Shown piece by piece: positions 41,563 to 51,658 of a stretch of DNA of 64,000 nucleotides. Position 1 is the stretch's first letter; each line of letters begins with the position of its first letter. The DNA is taken from contig DASRHP010000013.1 in NCBI GenBank assembly GCA_035650475.1, positions 21,755 through 85,754 on the forward strand, read 5' to 3'. The notes under the pieces are model-generated. The model was not told the DNA's origin and searched no databases. It saw nothing but the letters and a program-made list of their open reading frames with translations. Both the position numbers and the translations under genes were made by a program. This DNA is from Candidatus Binataceae bacterium (GTDB taxonomy: Bacteria; Desulfobacterota; Binatia; Binatales; Binataceae).

Positions 41563-41974
41563 GAACCAACACGGCTCAGAAGCGGGAATTTTCCACCCCC
41601 TCCGTAATTCAGGATGCAGACTGCACTGGGAGGCCTTGCACTTCGCAATCGCTTGAAGAGCAACGACTCACCAGCCGTCAGAGCGTCAGCCGCGGGTGGC
41701 GGCGGAACCAACAATGTGTTCGGATGGCGCGGCGCACGGGAACGCGTGGGCACAACGAGCCGAGCGTTTCCGGCCAGCGTGGCTTACTAACCATGTTTCA
41801 ATCCAAAAAGAACGAAACCATCCAAGGGCCGAAGCGCCGGTTCCGCCCCCGACGACCGCTATCGGACTCGTCGGGCACGCCAGTTAGATCGCGAGCCGCC
41901 TGATGCGTTGCGCGCCGTGCAGTCGAGCCGCTACAGTGGCACGGACGCGAGCGCAGCACGGAATCCGTCCATGA

Positions 41975-43018
41975 ATGCAGAAAGCTACTCTCCGCGTCGG
42001 AGTTTTCAGTCGTATGGTACGACATGGAATCACGGCGCCACTTGAGGCGTTCCAGAATCAGCACTTCGTGGAACTCGTGCGGACGGCCGAACGTTGCGGC
42101 TATGTCGACGTGTGGTCGTTTGAATCGTTTGCGACCGACGCCTTCGCGCCGCTGGCGGCGGCGGCGATGATCGCGCCGAAGATGCGCCTGGGCACGGCGA
42201 TCGTGCCGGTTTTCACGCGGCCGCCAGCACTGATCGCGATGTCGGCGGCGACGGTTCAGCAACTTTCGAGCGGGCGTTTCGTCCTGGGCCTGGGAATTTC
42301 CAGCCGGACTATCGTCGAGCAATGGATGGGCGTGCCGTTCGAGCACCCGCTGACGCGCCTGCGCGAGACGGTCGCCGCGATTCGCGATTCGTTCCGCGGC
42401 GGCAAGGTGAACTTCAGCGGCAAGACCGTGCACATCAACGGCTTCCGCCTCAGCGTGACCCTGGATACGCCGCCGCCGATCTATCTCGGCGCCCAGGGCG
42501 CGAAGATGCTCCGGCTGGCCGGCGAGATCGGCGACGGGCTAATCACCAACTTCGTCACGCCGGCGACGCTGCCCGCGATGCTCGAGCACGTGCGCGAGGG
42601 GCGGCGCGCCGCGGGCAAGGATCCCGCCGCGCCGCTCGACGTCGTCTGCCGCATCATGATCGCCGTCGATGACGACGAGGAGAAGGTGCGCGCTGAATTG
42701 CGGCGCCATCTGACCGCCTACGTGACGGTCCCGACCTACAACGCCTTCTTCCGCGAGATCGGCTTCGAACGCGAGGCCAGGCTCGCGTTGGAGGCGTGGA
42801 ACGCCGGCGACCGCAAGGCGGCGCTCGCCTCGCTGCCCGAGCGGATGATCGAAGAGATCTACGTCTTCGGCAGCGTCGCCAACTGCCGACGGCGGTTAGA
42901 GCAATACCTCCGGGCCGGCGTGACGACGACCGCGCTCGAGTTCGAGTCGTTTGCCCCCGATCCGAAGGAGCGTCGCGCGCGTATTCTGCGCGCGGCCGAG
43001 CGCTTGGCGCCGGCCTAG
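41975..43018 (+). CDS. LLM-class F420-dependent oxidoreductase-like protein
   Basis: 347 aa luciferase-like TIM barrel (LGLGISSRTIVEQWMGVPFEHP). Confidence 0.75.
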   Translation: MQKATLRVGVFSRMVRHGITAPLEAFQNQHFVELVRTAERCGYVDVWSFESFATDAFAPLAAAAMIAPKMRLGTAIVPVFTRPPALIAMSAATVQQLSSGRFVLGLGISSRTIVEQWMGVPFEHPLTRLRETVAAIRDSFRGGKVNFSGKTVHINGFRLSVTLDTPPPIYLGAQGAKMLRLAGEIGDGLITNFVTPATLPAMLEHVREGRRAAGKDPAAPLDVVCRIMIAVDDDEEKVRAELRRHLTAYVTVPTYNAFFREIGFEREARLALEAWNAGDRKAALASLPERMIEEIYVFGSVANCRRRLEQYLRAGVTTTALEFESFAPDPKERRARILRAAERLAPA

Positions 43019-43947
43019 CGCGCGGCGATCGGCTTCGCGCCCGCGGTGTAGTAGCGGATCAGCTCGGTGGTGACTTCGGGTCCGCCGACGAACGCGGTGC
43101 CCTGCTGCCGGAGCATCCGGTACGGCGGTGTGGACTCGAAGTAGAGCGTGTTGCGCGGCACGAACGGTTTGATCACGTGCAGCACGAAGCGCGGCCAGTT
43201 CGGCATCAGCGTGCCGACGTCGGCCTGCGCGGTGACCTTGAGAGCGGAAAAATCCCCGGCCGGCACCCGGATATGTTCGGTGCCGGTGGCGGAGACTTCC
43301 TGGCCGACGTAGCTGTAGGGCGAGAGCTGCTGATGTAGCGTGCCGGCGCCTCCGTTGCGCGGCGCGTCGAGCGCGCGCAGGAACGCCATCGCCGGGATCG
43401 CGTCGGGATAAAGGTCCTGCGGCAGGGCGTCGGCGCCGGCCAGATGCAGTCCCGGATCGTTACGCCAGAACGTGCTCTTCAGCGCGCGCCCGCTGTCGTA
43501 GAGCGTCCAACCGAACATCGCGCACCCCTGCCGATGCAGCGGGAAGGCCCAGAAGCCGACCGAATACCGCTTGCCGGGGAGCGAGGTAACTTCGATATGC
43601 ACCGTGTCGTCGCCGGTGATCTCGTTCCACGACTTGATTCGCATCAGCTCCTGGCCGCTGCTGCTGACGCTTTGCCGCGCCTCATCAATCTCGGTGCCGG
43701 GCGGCGGCGTCGGAACCGCGGAGCCCGCTTGATGACCGGTCATGCCGTGCCGCATCAGGCCGCGCGCGATCAGCCAGGATTCGAGTTCAGTGGACGCGCT
43801 CGCGGAGCCAGCGGCCGGCGCCGGGTGCGGCGCGACATCGATATTTGCGTGGCCAGGCGACGGCGACAGCGCCCCAAGCGTGAGCGCTGCGCCCAACAAT
43901 CCGACCACAATCAACAGCGGCGCCAACGACGATTTCCTGGCAATCAC
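43015..43947 (-). CDS. secreted hypothetical protein
   Basis: Signal peptide (MIARKSSLAPLLIVVGLLGAALTLGALSPSPGHA). 310 aa, no recognised family. Confidence 0.5.
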   Translation of the reverse strand: MIARKSSLAPLLIVVGLLGAALTLGALSPSPGHANIDVAPHPAPAAGSASASTELESWLIARGLMRHGMTGHQAGSAVPTPPPGTEIDEARQSVSSSGQELMRIKSWNEITGDDTVHIEVTSLPGKRYSVGFWAFPLHRQGCAMFGWTLYDSGRALKSTFWRNDPGLHLAGADALPQDLYPDAIPAMAFLRALDAPRNGGAGTLHQQLSPYSYVGQEVSATGTEHIRVPAGDFSALKVTAQADVGTLMPNWPRFVLHVIKPFVPRNTLYFESTPPYRMLRQQGTAFVGGPEVTTELIRYYTAGAKPIAAR

Positions 43948-44230
43948 TAAACCGGATACTCCTTGCGCTCAACGCGCGCTGTTCAGCCGAGGGCGCAATC
44001 GCGCATTCGGGCCATTTCGACAATTCAAAAAACCTGGATGCATAGCGCGCGCGCCGAGGCGCCCTGCATTGCCCAGAGCCTTGTGGAAGAGGGGAGAAGA
44101 ACTAAGCTCGCAGGCGGAGCTATTAATCTAGCGACAGCATCGGGTGCGCGCAACAAAATTGCGCGCGGTCTATACGGACTCGGCGCCTCGTCGTGGCGCG
44201 CTGTCCCCAAAAGATGCAGCCGGTGTTCGG

Positions 44231-45544
44231 TTATTTGGACACCGCCGGTTCCGCGTGCGCGGCCAGCTCGGTGGTCAGCTCGCGCGCGAGTTGCGACGGG
44301 TCGGCGTCGTCCGGCAGAACCAGCAGCAGCGAATTGAGCCGATGGGTTCCGGCGGCGAGATTCTCCCATCCGGTCATCAGGTAGCCGACCTGGAGTGTCG
44401 CGCCGGTGCAACCTTGCGCCGCCGCCGCCGCCGGCGAGGTTCCGTCGCAATAATAGAGTTGCGGCCGGATGACGTCGAGGTCGGGCGACGGCAGAAACGT
44501 CTGGACGATGGTTTTACCGCCGCCGCGCATCGCCAGCCATCTGACGTGCGGCGGATCGCGCTGAATCGCCTCCACGACGCTGGCCGCGGGGTCGTCCAGC
44601 CGGAGGGGCTGGCCGTTCATGCCCGACCAGAACAGACTGAAACCCCTGAGCCCGACGAAGTCCAGCCAGGTGCGCACCCGCACGTTGCCGAAGAACACGC
44701 GCGGCAGCCATAACACGCGCGCGACGAACGCGTCTTGCGCGTAGTCGCGGTAGAAGAATTCGCGGCTGACGACTTGGGGCGATTGGATCCCCAAAATCAG
44801 CTTGACCGAATGGGCCACGCGGCGGATCAGGCGAATCGGTCCCAGATGCCACGCCAGCACCCGGTTGGTCACGCCCTCGCCGCTGAGCCTGAGCTTGAAA
44901 ACCATCAGCACCCTGGCCGAGACGTGAACCTCGGAGCCTTCGATCAGGCTGGGCGACGCTTCGCCGCGCGCGTCCTTCAGAGCCAACTCGATCGGGAAGT
45001 CGCCGCGGAAGACCATCCGGTAGCCGGCGCCCTCAACGCGAGCCGCGGCGGCGTCGTAATGAACATAACGGACCGGGCTCAGGCGCGGGACCGGCGCTGC
45101 GGCGATATACGCATAGCGGCGCACGCCTGTGAGGGAATCGAATGCCTCGATCTGAAAGGCGCCCGGAGTCAGCTTTGCCAGCTGCGCCGGCCCGGCGCGG
45201 TCGCCCAGGTCGGAGAGCATCATCGCGATCTCGTCGTCGCGGTCGAGAATCCCCGGGCTGTCGTCGGCGACCGGCTGCGGCCCGTCGGGCAGCGCGTATT
45301 CGCCGTCGGCTAGGCGCTCATCAACCTGGAAGGGAATCGGCTCGAGCCGCCCGTCGTGGACCGCGAGCACTTCGAGATGGCTCTCGTCGACGCCCACAAA
45401 TTGCGCAACCGCGGCGCCGCTGATCACAACCGCGCGCCATCGCGCCGAAGCGCTGAGCGGCGCGCCGTGCCCAGCCGCGCCCGCCACGGTCGAAGCAGCG
45501 GCCGTGCAGGCCGCCGCGACCATCGCCGCCAGCAATCGCATCAT
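44231..45544 (-). CDS. secreted hypothetical protein
   Basis: Likely start at MMRLLAAMVAAACTAAAS (signal peptide). The ORF extends to 45610. About 437 aa, no recognised family. Confidence 0.5.
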   Translation of the reverse strand: MMRLLAAMVAAACTAAASTVAGAAGHGAPLSASARWRAVVISGAAVAQFVGVDESHLEVLAVHDGRLEPIPFQVDERLADGEYALPDGPQPVADDSPGILDRDDEIAMMLSDLGDRAGPAQLAKLTPGAFQIEAFDSLTGVRRYAYIAAAPVPRLSPVRYVHYDAAAARVEGAGYRMVFRGDFPIELALKDARGEASPSLIEGSEVHVSARVLMVFKLRLSGEGVTNRVLAWHLGPIRLIRRVAHSVKLILGIQSPQVVSREFFYRDYAQDAFVARVLWLPRVFFGNVRVRTWLDFVGLRGFSLFWSGMNGQPLRLDDPAASVVEAIQRDPPHVRWLAMRGGGKTIVQTFLPSPDLDVIRPQLYYCDGTSPAAAAAQGCTGATLQVGYLMTGWENLAAGTHRLNSLLLVLPDDADPSQLARELTTELAAHAEPAVSK

Positions 45545-45674
45545 GATCCGACGAAAGCCCGCACTCCCCACGTTATACGGCGCTGGCGCCACGAGATATG
45601 GAGCGGGCACTGTGCAGGCGGATGCTTTCCGGGCGGCAACGCGCTATCGAAATAGCGGGAGGCGAGACACCACG

Positions 45675-47399
45675 ATGAGCCGGCACAAGACCGTCGAGAT
45701 CGACAACACCGCGCAGGCTTTCCTCGAAATGCTCGAAGCGCTCGGCGCACGCTACCTACTGGGCAACGCCGGCACCGACTTTGCTTCGATCATCGACGGG
45801 CTTGCGCGCCGCGCGGCCGAGGGTAAGACGGCGCCGCACCCGATGCTGGTGGCGCACGAATGCTGTGCGGTCAGCATGGCGCACGGCTACTACCTGGTGA
45901 CCGGCGAGCCGGCGGTGGTGATGGTGCATACCACGCCTGGCACCGCCAACGCGCTCGGCGGGCTGATGAATGCGCGGCGGGCGAACGTCCCGATGCTGGT
46001 GTGCGCCGGGCGCACGCCGCTGACCGAGAGCGGGCAGCCCGGCAGCCGCGACACGCTGATTCATTGGGGCCAGGAGGCTTTCGACCAGGGCGGACTCGTG
46101 CGCGAGTTCGTCAAGTGGGACTACGAGCTGCGCGGCATCGCGCAGCTCGAAGCGGTGCTCCGCCGGGCGTTCGCGGTCGCGATGGCGGAGCCGTGCGGCC
46201 CGGTCTATTTGAGCCTGCCGCGCGAGGTGCTGGCCGAGCCGCATCGCGAGTTTACATTTTCAGCCGAAGGGATCGAGCCGCCTGTCGCGCCGCCGGCACC
46301 CGCGCCCGCAGCGCTGGAGCAGCTCGCCCGCTTCATCGCCGAATCCGAGCGCCCGCTCATCGTCACCCGCACGCTGGGGCGCAATCCGGCGGCGGTGGGT
46401 GCGCTGGTTGCGCTCGCTGAGTCGTTCGCGCTCCCGGTGGTCGAGCATCCCAATCCCGCGCACGTCAACTTCCCCAACAACCACCGGCTGCATCTCGGTT
46501 ACGATCCCGCGCCGTTTCTTGACGACGCGGATCTGATCCTCGTGATCGACACCGACGTGCCGTGGATTCCCCATCTGCGCAACCCTGGCCCGCGCGCCAG
46601 GGTTGTTCATATCGGCGTGGACCCGATTTATTCGCGCTATCCGATCTGGGGCTTTCGGGCCGACCTCGCGCTCCAGGCCGACTCGGCCCTCGCGGTCCCG
46701 ATGCTCACCGAGGCGCTCGCCGCGAAGCGCTCAGCCTGCGCCGCCACTATCGATCGGCGGGCCGAACGCGTCGCCGGCGAGCATCGCCGCCAGCGCGAGG
46801 CGTGGCGCGCCGAGATCGAGGCCGCCGCGCGGGCCGAGACGCCCACGATGGAATGGATCGCACACTGTCTCGATCGCGTGCGCGACCGCGACACGATTTT
46901 CATCAACGAGTACGATCTCAGTCTGCGCCACCTCACCCTTGACACGCCGGGCGCCCAGTTCGGCCATTCAACCGCGGGCTATCTGGGATGGGGTGTGGGC
47001 GCCGCGCTCGGGGTGAAGCTGGGTGCGCCCGACAAGACCGTCATCGCCGTCGTCGGCGACGGCTCGTACATCTTCAGTGTGCCGAGCGCGTGCCATCTGG
47101 CCTCCGCCGCGCACGGGCTGCCGACGCTGACGATCATCGCGAACAACGGCGGATGGGGCGCAGTGCGGCGAGCGGTCGAGAGCGTGCATCCGGAAGGATG
47201 GGCGATGCGCGCCGCCGAGATGCCGTTCGTGCGCTTCGGCGTGCGCCCGGCCTACGAGATGTTCGTCCAGGCCTGCGGTGGCCACGGCGAGGCGGTCAGC
47301 GACCCGAAGGAACTGCCCGCGGCACTCGAGCGCGCGCTGCGCGCAGTGCGCGACGAGCGGCGCCAGGCCGTGCTCAACGTCACCTGCCGCCCGCTTTGA
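45675..47399 (+). CDS. thiamine-pyrophosphate-dependent enzyme (acetolactate-synthase / benzoylformate-decarboxylase-like)
   Basis: ATG at 45675 after a GGGAGG. TPP N-terminal Pyr domain and a C-terminal GDGS...NN TPP-binding motif (VGDGSYIFS ... IANNGGWG). Confidence 0.8.
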   Translation: MSRHKTVEIDNTAQAFLEMLEALGARYLLGNAGTDFASIIDGLARRAAEGKTAPHPMLVAHECCAVSMAHGYYLVTGEPAVVMVHTTPGTANALGGLMNARRANVPMLVCAGRTPLTESGQPGSRDTLIHWGQEAFDQGGLVREFVKWDYELRGIAQLEAVLRRAFAVAMAEPCGPVYLSLPREVLAEPHREFTFSAEGIEPPVAPPAPAPAALEQLARFIAESERPLIVTRTLGRNPAAVGALVALAESFALPVVEHPNPAHVNFPNNHRLHLGYDPAPFLDDADLILVIDTDVPWIPHLRNPGPRARVVHIGVDPIYSRYPIWGFRADLALQADSALAVPMLTEALAAKRSACAATIDRRAERVAGEHRRQREAWRAEIEAAARAETPTMEWIAHCLDRVRDRDTIFINEYDLSLRHLTLDTPGAQFGHSTAGYLGWGVGAALGVKLGAPDKTVIAVVGDGSYIFSVPSACHLASAAHGLPTLTIIANNGGWGAVRRAVESVHPEGWAMRAAEMPFVRFGVRPAYEMFVQACGGHGEAVSDPKELPAALERALRAVRDERRQAVLNVTCRPL

Positions 47400-47412
47400 G
47401 CGTAGCGTCAGG

Positions 47413-47943
47413 CTACGCGCCCTCGCGATTGCGGAAGTTGGAGCGCCCGTTGGGCGGCAGCGTCAGCAGGTCGCGGTTGAAGAAGTCGCTGAGGTACTGG
47501 ACCAGCTCCCGCATCGAGACCACAGCGATCGGCTGCCCGTGCTCGTCAACCAGCGGGATGTGGCGGAAGCCCTCAGAGAGCATCCGGCTCAGCGCGAAGG
47601 CGACGCTGGAGTCGGCGGGCAGCGTGACCGGGTCGCGCGTCATGTATTCGCTCACCGCGGTCCGCTCGAGATCAATCGGATGGCCGGCGACGCGCAGCAG
47701 GACGTCGCGCTCGGTGAAGATCCCGACCAGGCGGCCGAACTCGACCACCAGCGCGCAGCTGCGCATCTCGTCCTGCATCGCCGCGATCGTTTCGGCCAGC
47801 GAGGAGTTGAAAGTCACCACCAGCGGCTGTTGGGTGGTCACGTCGCTGAGCGTTTCGAGGACGAGGGCGGATTCGAGGTCGGCGGGCCCGGGGCATTCCT
47901 CGTCAGAGATCAAATCCGTAACTTCGTCGTCATTGCGCGGCAT
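47413..47943 (-). CDS. CBS domain-containing protein
   Basis: Two CBS repeats (FTERDVLLRVAG ..., VVSMRELV). Start at the internal ATG 47943. Confidence 0.65.
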   Translation of the reverse strand: MPRNDDEVTDLISDEECPGPADLESALVLETLSDVTTQQPLVVTFNSSLAETIAAMQDEMRSCALVVEFGRLVGIFTERDVLLRVAGHPIDLERTAVSEYMTRDPVTLPADSSVAFALSRMLSEGFRHIPLVDEHGQPIAVVSMRELVQYLSDFFNRDLLTLPPNGRSNFRNREGA

Positions 47944-48193
47944 GTTGAGGCGCCCCCCCTTTGGGACGAATGTAAACCACCTTATGCCCGCGGCGAGGCA
48001 ACGCAAAGCGCTTTTCCTCGCCGGCCAGGACCTCCTGGAGCGCACAATCCGCGCATCGCTGGCGTCGCGGTTTCCCCGGTTTGACACCGCCGATTTTTCC
48101 GTGGTAGCGCCGTAACATGGCCGCGCCGGGGGCGTCGCGCACACACCTTATGGTCGTCGGTCAGCAAGACGCCGCGGCGCGGGAGCAAACGCC

Positions 48194-48898
48194 ATGAACG
48201 ATCTTCCCGGCTACCGACGGCCTGCACAGGGCGTCCATCCGCCTTATGACCACGCCGCGTACGAAAGCACGCGCAAGCGCGCCCCCAGGCAGGCGCCGAT
48301 CCGGATCGCGCATACCCTCTCCGAGATAACTGGCCCGGCGCTGGGCGCCGAGCTGGTGCGCCCGGGCGATGCCGATCTGACGCACTTCGCCGGCGGTGAG
48401 GCGCTCGGCGAGCGGATTATCGTCACTGGCCGCGTGCTCGACGAAGACGGCCGCCCGCAGCCCAACCTGCTGATCGAGATCTGGCAGGCCAACGCGGCCG
48501 GCCGCTACCTGCACGAGGTCGACCAGCACGACGCGCCGCTCGACCCGCACTTCACCGGCGTCGGCCGCGTGGCGACCGACCCCGACGGCGTCTATCGCTT
48601 CATAACGATCAAGCCCGGCGCCTACCCGTGGAAGAACCACTACAACGCGTGGCGTCCGAACCATATCCACTTCAGCCTCTTTGGCCCCGGCCTCGCGACG
48701 CGGCTCGTCACGCAGATGTACTTTCCCGGCGATCCGCTGCTCAGACTCGATCCGATCTTCAACAGCATCCCCGACTCCGCCGCGCGCGAGCGGCTCGTGG
48801 CGGCCTTCGATATCGAGGCTACCGAGCCCGGGCGGGCGCTCGGCTATCGCTTCGATTTCGTGTTGCGCGGGCGCCACGCGACGCCGATGGAGGACTGA
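48194..48898 (+). CDS. pcaH: protocatechuate 3,4-dioxygenase beta subunit
   Basis: 234 aa with intradiol-dioxygenase motifs (IEIWQANAAGRY, NHIHF). Confidence 0.88.
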   Translation: MNDLPGYRRPAQGVHPPYDHAAYESTRKRAPRQAPIRIAHTLSEITGPALGAELVRPGDADLTHFAGGEALGERIIVTGRVLDEDGRPQPNLLIEIWQANAAGRYLHEVDQHDAPLDPHFTGVGRVATDPDGVYRFITIKPGAYPWKNHYNAWRPNHIHFSLFGPGLATRLVTQMYFPGDPLLRLDPIFNSIPDSAARERLVAAFDIEATEPGRALGYRFDFVLRGRHATPMED

Positions 48899-48899
48899 G

Positions 48900-49481
48900 A
48901 TGGGCCGGGCGCTGACACCGTCGCAGACCGTTGGCCCGTTCTTCCATCGCGCGCTCGTGCGCGAAGGAGGGAACGACCTTGCCGCGCGCGGCGCCAAGGG
49001 CGAGCGTGTGGTCATCGAAGGGCGCGTGCTCGACGGCGAGGGCGCGCCGGTCAGCGACGCGATGCTCGAGATCTGGCAGGCCAACGCCGACGGCCGTTAC
49101 GACCATCCCGAGGACCGGCAGGAGAAGCTGCGCGATCCCAACTTCCACGGCTTCGGCCGCACGGCGACCGACACCGAGGGCCGCTTCCGTTTCACGACCA
49201 TCAAGCCGGGCGCGCTGCCCGGGCGCGGCGGCGCGCTCCAGGCGCCGCATATCAACGTCATCGTCTTCGCGCGCGGCCTGCTGCGCCATCTGGTCACCCG
49301 AATCTACTTTCCCGACGAGCCGCTCAACGCCAGCGACCCCGTGCTCAACGCGGTGCCCGCCGGGCGCCGGGCAACGCTCGTCGCGCGCCGCGCGGCCGCA
49401 GGCGGCGGCAGCGCCCCGCAGGTGCTCAATTTCGACATCGTGTTGCAGGGCGCGGACGAGACCGTCTTCCTGGACGTGTAG
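48900..49481 (+). CDS. pcaG: protocatechuate 3,4-dioxygenase alpha subunit
   Basis: ATG 1 nt after the pcaH stop. TVGPFFH ... LEIWQANADGRY, the non-catalytic paralogue pattern. Confidence 0.85.
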   Translation: MGRALTPSQTVGPFFHRALVREGGNDLAARGAKGERVVIEGRVLDGEGAPVSDAMLEIWQANADGRYDHPEDRQEKLRDPNFHGFGRTATDTEGRFRFTTIKPGALPGRGGALQAPHINVIVFARGLLRHLVTRIYFPDEPLNASDPVLNAVPAGRRATLVARRAAAGGGSAPQVLNFDIVLQGADETVFLDV

Positions 49482-49517
49482 GCGGGCGGTGGCTCTGATG
49501 AACCCCGGCCGGCAGCG

Positions 49518-50873
49518 ATGAGCATCAATCCCGCCGATTCAGAGATCTTCGGCGCGCTCTGGGGGACGCCAGAGATGCGCGCGCTGTTCTCCGATCCCGC
49601 GCGCTTTCAGCTGATGCTCGACGTCGAGGCGGCGCTCGCCCGCGCCGAGGCGAAGCTTGGCCTGGTTCCACAAGCCGCCGCTGACGCGGTCGCCAGGGCC
49701 GCGCGTTTCGAGAACCTCCACCCCGGGGCGATCGCCGAGGACGTGCGCAAGGCGGGGCAGCCGGTCGCCGCGCTGGTCGCCGAGCTGGGCCGCATCACGG
49801 GCGGCGACGCCGCACGCCATATCCATCTTGGCGCGACCACCCAGGACATCGTCGATACTGCGCTGGTGCTCCAGATGCGGCGAGGCTTCGAATACGTGCG
49901 CCGCGACCTCGTTGCGCTGGCGCGTGCGCTGGCCGAGCGCGCCGCGCGCTACCGCGACACGCCGATCGCCGGGCGCACTCATCTTCAGCATGCGGTACCG
50001 ATAAGCTTCGGCTACAAGTGCGCGGTATGGGCGGCGCCGCTCGCCGCCCACCTCGAGCGGCTCGACCAGGCGGCCCGCCGCGTACTGGTCGTGCAGTTCG
50101 GCGGCGCCGCCGGCACGTTGGCGACGCTCGGGGCGCGCGGCGCGGCGGTCGCCCAGGCGCTCGCGGACGAGCTCGGACTCGGCGTTCCCGATCTCCCATG
50201 GCATGTTGCGCGCGACACGACAGCCGAGGCGGCGGCGCTACTCGGGCTTATCTGCGGCAGCCTCGCGAAGTTCGCACTCGACGTCGCGCTCCTGATGCAA
50301 TCCGAAGTCGCCGAGGTCTTCGAGCCGCACGAGCCCGGGCGCGGCGGGTCGAGCACGATGCCGCAAAAACGCAATCCGGTCGCCGCCGAGTATATCCTCG
50401 CCGCCGCGCGCGAGGTGCACGCGCAGGTCGGCGTGATGATGTCGGCGATGGCGCAGGACCACGAGCGCGCGACCGGCCCGTGGCAGAGCGAAGCGCTCGC
50501 GTTGCCGCAGTGCTTCGTACTCACATCGGGCGCGCTTGCGCACGGGCGCGCGATCGCCGAGGGGATGAGCGTCGATACCGAGCGGATGCGCCGCAACCTT
50601 GGGCTGAGCGCCGGACTGATCATGGCCGAGGCGGTCGCGGCGGGGCTGACGCCCGCGATGGGGCGCGCGGCGGCGCATCATGTGCTCCAACGCGCCTCCG
50701 AGCGCGCGCTTGGCGAGGGCCGTTCGCTCAGCGAAGTCCTGCGCGACGACCCCGAAGTACGCAAGCATCTGGGCGCCGAACAGATCGATCGTCTGATGGA
50801 TCCCGCCGGCTACCTCGGCTCGGCCGGGGTGTTCGTCGATCGCGTGGTCGCCCGCATCGCGCGCCTTGCGTAA
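49518..50873 (+). CDS. pcaB: 3-carboxy-cis,cis-muconate cycloisomerase (fumarate-lyase family)
   Basis: 451 aa. GSSTMPQKRNP lyase signature. Positioned directly after pcaHG. Confidence 0.8.
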   Translation: MSINPADSEIFGALWGTPEMRALFSDPARFQLMLDVEAALARAEAKLGLVPQAAADAVARAARFENLHPGAIAEDVRKAGQPVAALVAELGRITGGDAARHIHLGATTQDIVDTALVLQMRRGFEYVRRDLVALARALAERAARYRDTPIAGRTHLQHAVPISFGYKCAVWAAPLAAHLERLDQAARRVLVVQFGGAAGTLATLGARGAAVAQALADELGLGVPDLPWHVARDTTAEAAALLGLICGSLAKFALDVALLMQSEVAEVFEPHEPGRGGSSTMPQKRNPVAAEYILAAAREVHAQVGVMMSAMAQDHERATGPWQSEALALPQCFVLTSGALAHGRAIAEGMSVDTERMRRNLGLSAGLIMAEAVAAGLTPAMGRAAAHHVLQRASERALGEGRSLSEVLRDDPEVRKHLGAEQIDRLMDPAGYLGSAGVFVDRVVARIARLA

Positions 50874-51265
50874 ATCAGGCGCCCGCATTGCGGCGTGCTC
50901 TTTAGCGGGGCGGGCTCACCTGCCCGCCGCTTTCCGCTCGCCAAAGAAATCCCGGCATCCGCGGCGGTATCAGCAATAGCGTGGCGAGCACCAATGCGCC
51001 GAAGGCGAGGTAGGCGATAGTCAACATCCATGCCGGCGCGTCGCAGTAGATTAGCCGATCCAGCCATCGGCCGATGAAGTCGCCGGCATAAGGCTTCGCC
51101 GGCGCGCTCACGCGGGTAGTTCTCAAGCGCCGTCAGCGGGCAGCTCCATCCCGCGCAGAAACGTGCATCATAGCCGGCGTCTGTTCCCGTGCGTCAGGCG
51201 GAGCTCTGAGCGTTGGGCAGAACATCGTGGCCGTGCGTATGATGGGGTAGGGTGGAAAAGCCCGC

Positions 51266-51613
51266 ATGGCCATGGACATGGGACCTCGAACGCGCGCTGC
51301 GATTCTTTCGCTGCTCCTGCTTGCGACGGCGGCTGGATGCGGCGAGACTGCCGCCGCGCGGGCTGCCACCGCGCGGCGCAACTTTGTCCTGGCGCAGCAA
51401 TATCGCAAGCAGGCGCTGGCGGCGAACGAGCGCGGCGACAGCGCGCGCGCCACGCAGTATTTGCAGCAGGCGCAGATGCATGAGCCGGTGGGCGAGCAGG
51501 CTTCGCTTCCGCCCTCGACCACGATGCTTCTGCCGCAGCATCGTGCGATTGCGCCGGCCAGCGGCCCGGTCACCTGCCATACGATCGGCATCAATCGCTT
51601 CTCCTGTTTCTGA
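51266..51613 (+). CDS. lipoprotein (hypothetical)
   Basis: Signal peptide with lipobox LATAAGC. 115 aa. Confidence 0.4.
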   Translation: MAMDMGPRTRAAILSLLLLATAAGCGETAAARAATARRNFVLAQQYRKQALAANERGDSARATQYLQQAQMHEPVGEQASLPPSTTMLLPQHRAIAPASGPVTCHTIGINRFSCF

Positions 51614-51658
51614 TTCACCATCGTCTGACGCGGCATCGAAGTTGCGTTTTGCGCCGGC

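Noticed and set aside
41451-41753. 100 aa minus-strand ORF upstream of kdpF
   Set aside because: Lies in the kdp leader/promoter region in a different frame from kdpF. No RBS. Likely spurious.
50902-51126. 74 aa minus-strand ORF with one TM helix
   Set aside because: TTG start without a convincing RBS, and it lies in the pcaB 3' flank. Could be real but unsupported.
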